A stretch of 64,000 nt of DNA from positions 75,717-139,716 of the forward strand of contig JAQUPP010000002.1 of the NCBI GenBank assembly GCA_028716665.1. Direction: 5' to 3'. A model generated the notes under the pieces. The model worked only from the letters and a program-made list of their open reading frames with translations. It was not told the origin of the DNA and ran no database searches. Both the position numbers and the translations under genes were made by a program. Below, piece after piece: positions 57,852 to 64,000 of the stretch (positions within the stretch are counted from its first letter, which is position 1; each line of letters opens with the position of its first letter). The DNA comes from Patescibacteria group bacterium. GTDB lineage: Bacteria > Patescibacteriota > Patescibacteriia > UBA2591 > JAQUPP01.

Positions 57852-58136
57852 ATGATCATTTTGGGTTGCTAAAAATAATAGAATGTGCTAATATAATAAT
57901 ATTATAATTAAACTTAAATTATGCCAGGTAGTGGACTTTGACTCGTCCTCCCACCGCTAAAAAGTTTTACCTGGTAATACCATAATTGCGCGCTTAATCA
58001 ATTAAAAAAGTCTAATTTTGTTGATTTTTGGTCGGACAAAAAATTCATATAACAAACAAAGGTTTCCTAAATAATTTAATTAATAACTTAAAACTTTGGT
58101 AATTTTACAAAAATTGTCAAAGTTCTACTACTTGGT

Positions 58137-58400
58137 ATGCTTAAAAAAGAAGAAAAAAAACAAATTATCACCGACAATCAAATTAACGAAACTGACACCG
58201 GTTCGTCTGAGGTTCAAATCGGTCTCTTAACCAAAGAGATTGAAAGTTTGACCGAACATTTGAAAGCTCATATCCATGATTTTTCATCCAGGCGCGGTTT
58301 GATAAAAAAAGTCAGCCAAAGACGAAAATTTTTAAAATATCTTCAAGCTAACGACCCTAAAAGTTACGAGAAGATTATTAAAAAACTTAAAAGAAAATAA
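58137..58400 (+). CDS. rpsO: 30S ribosomal protein S15
   Basis: Conserved S15 sequence (GSSEVQIGLLT, HLKAHIHDF...RRGL). Confidence 0.9.
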   Translation: MLKKEEKKQIITDNQINETDTGSSEVQIGLLTKEIESLTEHLKAHIHDFSSRRGLIKKVSQRRKFLKYLQANDPKSYEKIIKKLKRK

Positions 58401-58412
58401 TAAAATTTTAGT

Positions 58413-58928
58413 ATGATCAAACATAAAGATCAGAGGATCGGAGTTTTTATTGACGTGCAGAACATGTATCATTCTGCCAAAAATTTGTATCATGCCAATG
58501 TTAACTTTGCAAAAGTTTTGGAAGAAATTGTTGCCGGACGTCAATTGATCCGAGCTATCGCTTATGTTATCAAATCAGACAGCCGCGAAGAACAAACTTT
58601 TTTTGAAGCGCTTTCAAATCAAGGGTTTGAATTGAAAATAAAAGATTTGCAAATTTTCCCGGGCGGAATGAAAAAAGCGGATTGGGATGTTGGAATGGCG
58701 GTTGATGCGATTAAATTAGCCGACAAAGTTGATGTGGTTATTTTGGTAACCGGCGATGGAGACTTTATCCCGTTAGTTTCTTATTTAAAAGAAAACAAGG
58801 GCTGCCGAGTGGAGCTGGTGGCTTTTGAACGAACCACTTCGTCTAAATTAGTTGAAACAGTCGATGAGTTTACCGATTTGGGCAAAAACATTAAGAAATT
58901 TCTAATTAAAAGATACAACAACAAATAA
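58413..58928 (+). CDS. NYN/LabA-like (PIN-related) ribonuclease-domain protein
   Basis: IGVFIDVQNMYHS and VILVTGDGDFIPLV motifs of the NYN/LabA family. Confidence 0.65.
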   Translation: MIKHKDQRIGVFIDVQNMYHSAKNLYHANVNFAKVLEEIVAGRQLIRAIAYVIKSDSREEQTFFEALSNQGFELKIKDLQIFPGGMKKADWDVGMAVDAIKLADKVDVVILVTGDGDFIPLVSYLKENKGCRVELVAFERTTSSKLVETVDEFTDLGKNIKKFLIKRYNNK

Positions 58929-59171
58929 CAAGGGCCGCAAATTTCTCCTTCACTCAGCGCTCCAATCCCTTGAAAATTATACTCGTTTTATTCTGAAAAA
59001 TTCATAACTCCTCTCCCGACTATAGCGGGATCGTCAAACAGATGAATTTTTCAATAAAACTCCTTAATTTTCTAAGGCTTTTCCGCGACATCGTTCAGGC
59101 GAAATTTGCTAAATGTAAGAAATAATTAACTACTAAATTATCAAATAAAATAAATATAAATTGTTAAAAAA

Positions 59172-61349
59172 ATGACTATGGAATTTACAACAGATGTAGC
59201 AGGCAAAAAATTAATAGTAAAAACCGGTGAAATAGCCGGTCAAGCAAATGGTTCTTGCACAGTTCAGTACGGTGAAACAACCGTTTTGGCCACCGCCGTT
59301 ATGGGCGATAAAGACCAAGAGGGAATGGATTATTTCCCTTTAATGGTTGAATACGAAGAACGTTTTTACGCAGCAGGAAAAATCAAAGGTTCTCGCTTTA
59401 TAAAAAGAGAGACTCGTCCACCAGACGAGGCTATTTTAATTGGACGCTTAATTGACCGCTCTATCCGTCCTCTTTTTGATCAAGATATGCGACGCTCGGT
59501 TCAAGTTATTTTAACCGTGCTTTCCATTGATCATGAAAATGATCCTGATATACCGGCGCTTCTCGGCGCTTCCATCGCTTTGCATATGTCCAATATCCCT
59601 TGGAACGGACCGATAGCAGGCGTAAGGGTCGGACAAATTAATGGAGAACTTGTTGTTAACCCAACTCAAACTTTAAGAGCTACCAGTAATCTTGATTTAA
59701 TGATTTGCGGAATGAATAAAAGAGTTTTAATGATTGAAGCCGGTGCTCAAGAAATAGAAGCTGACGTAATGTATAAAGCAATGGAATTGGGCGCGGAAGA
59801 ATTTGAAAAAATCAATAAATTTATTGAAGAAATCAGAGAAAAAACAGGCAAGCCAAAAATGGTTTTGGTGTCTTCTCTGAGTCCGGAAGATATTGCTGCC
59901 AAAGAAGAAGTTAAAAAAATTACTGAAGAAGTTGTTAAAGCGGAAATGCCGAAATATTTCTTTGATCATCCGTTAAAAATGAAAGAAGACAGAATCGGCG
60001 CCAAGAAAAAATTGATTGCCCGTTTGGAAGAAGTTTTTATTGAAAAAAATATTGGTAAAGACAGAAGAGGCAAAGGTTTTGATTATGCCATGAAATTAAT
60101 TTATCAGGAAATCAGCCAAGCTATTTTGGATCGCGATCAAAGAATTGACGGACGCAAACTTGATGAACTTAGAGAAATTTCCTGCCAAGTCGGAGTTCTG
60201 CCAAGAGTTCACGGTTCAGCCATATTTAACAGAGGAGAAACACAAGTACTCTCGGTTGTTACTTTGGGCGGTCCGGGTATGGAACAATATTTGGACACCA
60301 TGGAAGACAGCAGCCGAAAACGCTATATGCATCATTATAATTTCCCGCCGTTTTGTTCTGGAGAAGCCGGGCCTTTAAGACAAACAGGACGAAGAGAAGT
60401 TGGTCATGGCGCTTTGGCGGAAAAAGGAATTTTACCGATTTTGCCGGATAAAGAAAATTTTCCTTATACTCTCAGATTGGTTTCAGAAGTTCTTTCTTCA
60501 AACGGCTCCACTTCAATGGCCGCGACTTGCGCTTCAGTTTTATCATCAATGGATGCCGGTATTCCGATTAAAAAATTAGTATCCGGTATAGCCGTTGGTT
60601 TAGCTTCTGAAGAAGGGGATAATGGATTTAAAAAATATAAAGTTATAACCGATATCCAAGATTTGGAAGACGGGCCAGGCGGAATGGATTTTAAAATTAT
60701 CGGAACGCCGACAGGAATTACCGCCATTCAAATGGATACAAAAACAAAAGGTTTAACTTTTGACGTAATTAAAGAAACTTTTCAGGCCTCAGCAAATGCT
60801 CGAGTTAAGATTCTGGAAATAATGACTCAAGCTATGCCGAAGCCCAGAGAAAATTTCTCACCTTACGCGCCAAGAGTGACCATGATTAAAATTAATCCTG
60901 ATAAAATCAGAGATGTGGTCGGACCGGGTGGAAAAATGATTAATGAAATCGTTGCTCAAACCGGATCAACAATTGATATTGAACAAGACGGCACAGTTAT
61001 GGTTACTTCATTGAATGAAGAATCAAAAAATAAAGCGGTTGAATGGATTAAAAATATCACTCATGAAGTTAAGGCCGGTGAAATTTTCCAAGGTAAAATT
61101 ACCAGAATTATGGATTTTGGCGCTTTTGCCGAAGTCGTGCGCGGTCAAGAAGGATTGATTCATGTTTCAGAAATGGCCAATTATCGCGTTGAACATCCTG
61201 ATGATTTGGTTAAAGTCGGCGACATTGTACCGGTCAAAGTGATGGAAATTGACAGACAAGGCAGAATTAATCTTTCAATGAGAGCCTTACTTGAAGGCGG
61301 CGATCAAGCTCGTCCGAATCGAGGAGGCAATGATGATCGTCGAAGATAG
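59172..61349 (+). CDS. pnp: polynucleotide phosphorylase
   Basis: Two RNase PH domains plus KH and S1 domains. Full length. Confidence 0.95.
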   Translation: MTMEFTTDVAGKKLIVKTGEIAGQANGSCTVQYGETTVLATAVMGDKDQEGMDYFPLMVEYEERFYAAGKIKGSRFIKRETRPPDEAILIGRLIDRSIRPLFDQDMRRSVQVILTVLSIDHENDPDIPALLGASIALHMSNIPWNGPIAGVRVGQINGELVVNPTQTLRATSNLDLMICGMNKRVLMIEAGAQEIEADVMYKAMELGAEEFEKINKFIEEIREKTGKPKMVLVSSLSPEDIAAKEEVKKITEEVVKAEMPKYFFDHPLKMKEDRIGAKKKLIARLEEVFIEKNIGKDRRGKGFDYAMKLIYQEISQAILDRDQRIDGRKLDELREISCQVGVLPRVHGSAIFNRGETQVLSVVTLGGPGMEQYLDTMEDSSRKRYMHHYNFPPFCSGEAGPLRQTGRREVGHGALAEKGILPILPDKENFPYTLRLVSEVLSSNGSTSMAATCASVLSSMDAGIPIKKLVSGIAVGLASEEGDNGFKKYKVITDIQDLEDGPGGMDFKIIGTPTGITAIQMDTKTKGLTFDVIKETFQASANARVKILEIMTQAMPKPRENFSPYAPRVTMIKINPDKIRDVVGPGGKMINEIVAQTGSTIDIEQDGTVMVTSLNEESKNKAVEWIKNITHEVKAGEIFQGKITRIMDFGAFAEVVRGQEGLIHVSEMANYRVEHPDDLVKVGDIVPVKVMEIDRQGRINLSMRALLEGGDQARPNRGGNDDRRR

Positions 61350-61420
61350 AAAACGATACTAAAAAATAAGCTGATAAGCTGGTAAGCTGGTAAGTAAATA
61401 AGTAGTGAATAAAAAATAAT

Positions 61421-62002
61421 ATGAATGACAAAAGGGCAAAATTAATAATAAGAATTGTTGCCGGAGTGATTTTCGTTTTGTCACTTATTCTATCAATCAT
61501 AAGTCTTTTATCTTTAGTGACTAAAATTTCTGGAATTAATAGAACAATATTCAGTGCGTATATCCAGATTTTTATGACCAGTAGATTTATGAATCATTTT
61601 TTCATTGATGTTATTGGTAGTCAGTTTATTTTTATACCTTTATATCTCTTATTTTTAAGTTTGATAATAGGTATATTTGGATTAATTGCTTCAAAAGGGC
61701 TATGGCAATATAGAAAATGGTGGAAGGTTGCTTTAATTATTCTCTCATTATTTTTAATAATTCTGAGTGGAAAAGGGATTCTATGGGTTTTATTGGGATT
61801 GGGTATTGGAATTGGTGACTCTGGGAGATATATTTCTCTTAAAGATATTTTTTATGTGTTACAAAAATTCGGAGTATTAAAATTTTTTGAAGCAGTCATA
61901 TTCTTTGTCTTTTTTATTTGTCTATTTTCATTTAATAAAACAATAAGAAATGTTTTTGAGAAACAAAAAACTGGAGTAGCAGAATCAAAAAATAACGAAT
62001 AA
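61421..62002 (+). CDS. hypothetical integral membrane protein
   Basis: Multiple TM helices. Confidence 0.4.
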   Translation: MNDKRAKLIIRIVAGVIFVLSLILSIISLLSLVTKISGINRTIFSAYIQIFMTSRFMNHFFIDVIGSQFIFIPLYLLFLSLIIGIFGLIASKGLWQYRKWWKVALIILSLFLIILSGKGILWVLLGLGIGIGDSGRYISLKDIFYVLQKFGVLKFFEAVIFFVFFICLFSFNKTIRNVFEKQKTGVAESKNNE

Positions 62003-62027
62003 GAAAATAAAATTTTAAATTTAATTT

Positions 62028-63104
62028 ATGCCAATAAATAAAGACTCCCTGCCTACCGGCAGGCAGGAAAAATTTTATCCGGGCGAAAGAAAAAATATTT
62101 TGGTTACAGGTGGAGCCGGTTTTATCGGTTCTCACCTTTGCGACCAATTGATAGCAGACAATAATGTTATTTGCGTGGATGATTTCATTGGCGGCGGAAA
62201 TTTGAACAATATCAGTCATCTCTTACAGAACCCGAATTTCCGTTTTATCAAGCATGATATTAATTTGCCGATAAATTTTGAAGAATTTCCGGAATTAGCG
62301 AATTTTAAAATTAAAATTCACGGCATTCAGGAAATTTTTCATTTAGCTTCTCCAACCTCGGCTAAAAACTTTAATCAGTTGCGATTGAAAAGTTTGCACA
62401 CCAATGCCATCGGCACGATTAATATTTTGGAAATGGCTAAATTGTATAAAGCAAAAATTCTTTTTACTTCTTCAGCCGTGGTTTACGGTTCTCGTCGCAA
62501 AGATAATTCTTCTTTCAAAGAAAGTGATTTTGGTTCTGTTAATTTTATCAGTCCGAGAGCTTGCTATGATGAAGGGAAACGTTTTGCCGAAACAGCCATG
62601 ATGACTTATCGGGAAATGTACGGATTGGATACTAAGATTGTCAGAATTTTCAGAACTTACGGTCCGCGTGAAACTCTTTTTGACGGACAAATGGTTCCTG
62701 ATTTTGTTCTGCAAGCGCTTACGCAGCAGCCTTTGATTATTTACGGAGATGGAAATTTTTCAACTTCGCTTTGTTACGTAGGCGATGTTGTTGACGGCAT
62801 TATTTCAATGATGGACTCAAATGAAATCGGACCGATAAATTTGGGCGGATCAGAAGAATATAAATTGGTGGATCTGGCTAATAAAATTATAGAAATTACT
62901 CATTCTCAATCCAAAGTTGAGTTTAAATCACCGCTCCTTTTTATGACTCCGCTCGGTCTGCCCGATATCAGTTTGGCGAAAGAAAAATTAAATTGGCTCC
63001 CGGTTGTCGGATTAAATGACGGTCTGGAAAAATTAGTTGATTATGTTAAGGCTAACAGAATATTACTGGAACCTTTAATAAGTCAGTATGGAGAAAAATT
63101 TTAA
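62028..63104 (+). CDS. NAD-dependent epimerase/dehydratase (UDP-glucuronate decarboxylase / dTDP-glucose dehydratase-like SDR)
   Basis: VTGGAGFIGSH Rossmann motif and YDEGKR catalytic motif. The N-terminal 20 codons contain the 21-bp repeat. Confidence 0.7.
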   Translation: MPINKDSLPTGRQEKFYPGERKNILVTGGAGFIGSHLCDQLIADNNVICVDDFIGGGNLNNISHLLQNPNFRFIKHDINLPINFEEFPELANFKIKIHGIQEIFHLASPTSAKNFNQLRLKSLHTNAIGTINILEMAKLYKAKILFTSSAVVYGSRRKDNSSFKESDFGSVNFISPRACYDEGKRFAETAMMTYREMYGLDTKIVRIFRTYGPRETLFDGQMVPDFVLQALTQQPLIIYGDGNFSTSLCYVGDVVDGIISMMDSNEIGPINLGGSEEYKLVDLANKIIEITHSQSKVEFKSPLLFMTPLGLPDISLAKEKLNWLPVVGLNDGLEKLVDYVKANRILLEPLISQYGEKF

Positions 63105-63768
63105 TAAAATTGTTATTGTTATCCCGGCTTATAACGAAATTAAAACCATTAAAGAAGTTATTAAAGACGCTCAAACAATAACCAAAGAAATAATAGTTAT
63201 TGACGATGCTTCTTCGGATAAAACCGGCGAAGCGGCAAAAAATAGCGGAGCGAAAGTTTTCAGACATATCCTTAACTTGGGATTAGGAGGAGCCTTAAAA
63301 ACAGGATTTGACGCGGCTCTCAGAGAAAATGCCGATATAGTCGTAACCATGGATGCCGATGGCCAGCATAAAGCAAAAGAAATTCCGAATTTAATCAAAC
63401 CGATTTTGGAAGATAAGGCGGACGCGGTGATCGGATCAAGATTTTTAAATTATCAAGAAATGCCAAAAAGCAGGCGAATGTGCAACTTGGCGGCCAATTG
63501 GATTACTTTTATAATTTGCGGGGTTAAGACTACGGACAGTCAATCGGGATTAAGGGCGTTCAATCGAGTTGCTCTGGAAAAAATAGAAATAAAAAGCAGA
63601 CACATGGAAGTCTCTTCCGAATTTTTTAAGGAAATTAAAAATAAAAAACTTCGTTTTGCGGAGGTGCCGACTGAAAGTATTTACACGGAATATTCTTTAT
63701 CCAAAGGGCAAAATTTTTTCTTGGGTATTAAAACTTTGTTCAAATTAATTATAGATAGATTTATATAA
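63088..63768 (+). CDS. family-2 glycosyltransferase (DPM1-like)
   Basis: VIPAYNE...IVIDDASSDKT...DADGQH. Confidence 0.7.
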   Translation: MEKNFNKIVIVIPAYNEIKTIKEVIKDAQTITKEIIVIDDASSDKTGEAAKNSGAKVFRHILNLGLGGALKTGFDAALRENADIVVTMDADGQHKAKEIPNLIKPILEDKADAVIGSRFLNYQEMPKSRRMCNLAANWITFIICGVKTTDSQSGLRAFNRVALEKIEIKSRHMEVSSEFFKEIKNKKLRFAEVPTESIYTEYSLSKGQNFFLGIKTLFKLIIDRFI

Positions 63769-63770
63769 AT

Positions 63771-64000
63771 ATGCTTTGGATTCAAATATTATTCATTTTT
63801 TTAATTTTATTTATAATCAGCAGATTGATTTTAAGACTGAAAAATAATCAAATTAATTTTTTAAATTTTCTGGCTTGGTTGATTTTTTGGTTGGCGGCGA
63901 CAATAGCGGTCATTTGGCCGGAAGTCACCAGTTTCTTGGCTAGAATATTAGGTGTGGGAAGGGGAGCGGATATTATCGTATATTTCTCCCTTATTTTATT
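63771..64000 (+). CDS. small membrane protein (GtrA/DUF2304-like companion of the GT2), 3' end truncated by the window
   Basis: Hydrophobic ORF starting at the GT2 stop. Confidence 0.35.
   Translation, partial: MLWIQILFIFLILFIISRLILRLKNNQINFLNFLAWLIFWLAATIAVIWPEVTSFLARILGVGRGADIIVYFSLIL

Overview
This window is a low-GC (about 33-35% by eye) bacterial fragment with Candidate Phyla Radiation / Patescibacteria-style gene content. Few genes have a Shine-Dalgarno sequence, ribosomal protein L30 is missing, and several ribosomal proteins carry zinc ribbons or terminal extensions. Nearly all of the window is conserved core machinery. Core genes: a VirD4-like ATPase, scpA, scpB, rpoB, rpoC, ndk, rpsL, rpsG, fusA, tuf, an S10-spc ribosomal block from rpsJ to rplO without rpmD, secY, adk, map, rpsO, pnp, dut, a Mur ligase and Xer. 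There is also a complete minus-strand group 3b [NiFe] sulfhydrogenase operon (hydB, hydG, hypC, hydD, hydA, with a four-helix-bundle gene inserted between hydD and hydA). The remainder is envelope genes (glycosyltransferases, a polysaccharide deacetylase fusion, a UXS-like dehydratase, a lytic transglycosylase, DedA, VanZ, HtpX, an M50 protease). I call five tRNAs: Arg-CCG, Pro-GGG, His-GTG and Arg-TCT, plus a partial duplicate of the 5' end of tRNA-Arg. The most interesting locus is a codon- and GC-atypical three-gene island at 4329..8267, directly 3' of tRNA-Arg(CCG). It encodes an EcoRI-family N6-adenine methyltransferase, an OLD-family ABC-ATPase/Toprim nuclease and a DUF262 (GmrSD N-terminal type) plus HNH nuclease. 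I read it as a candidate undescribed composite defence or restriction-modification-like system. Other notable items follow. An XRE-ImmA-dut operon with a perfect operator palindrome. Several families of exact short repeats, including a 21-bp element inside two unrelated genes, TTCYNRA heptamer arrays inside the Mur ligase gene, a 35-bp spacer repeat in the ribosomal operons and a 40-bp perfect palindrome. Duplicated promoter/5'UTR modules that suggest a small regulon. A GC-rich roughly 280-nt promoter-to-terminator region at 52.4-52.7 kb that looks like an unidentified ncRNA. A NYN/LabA RNase-like gene inserted between rpsO and pnp.
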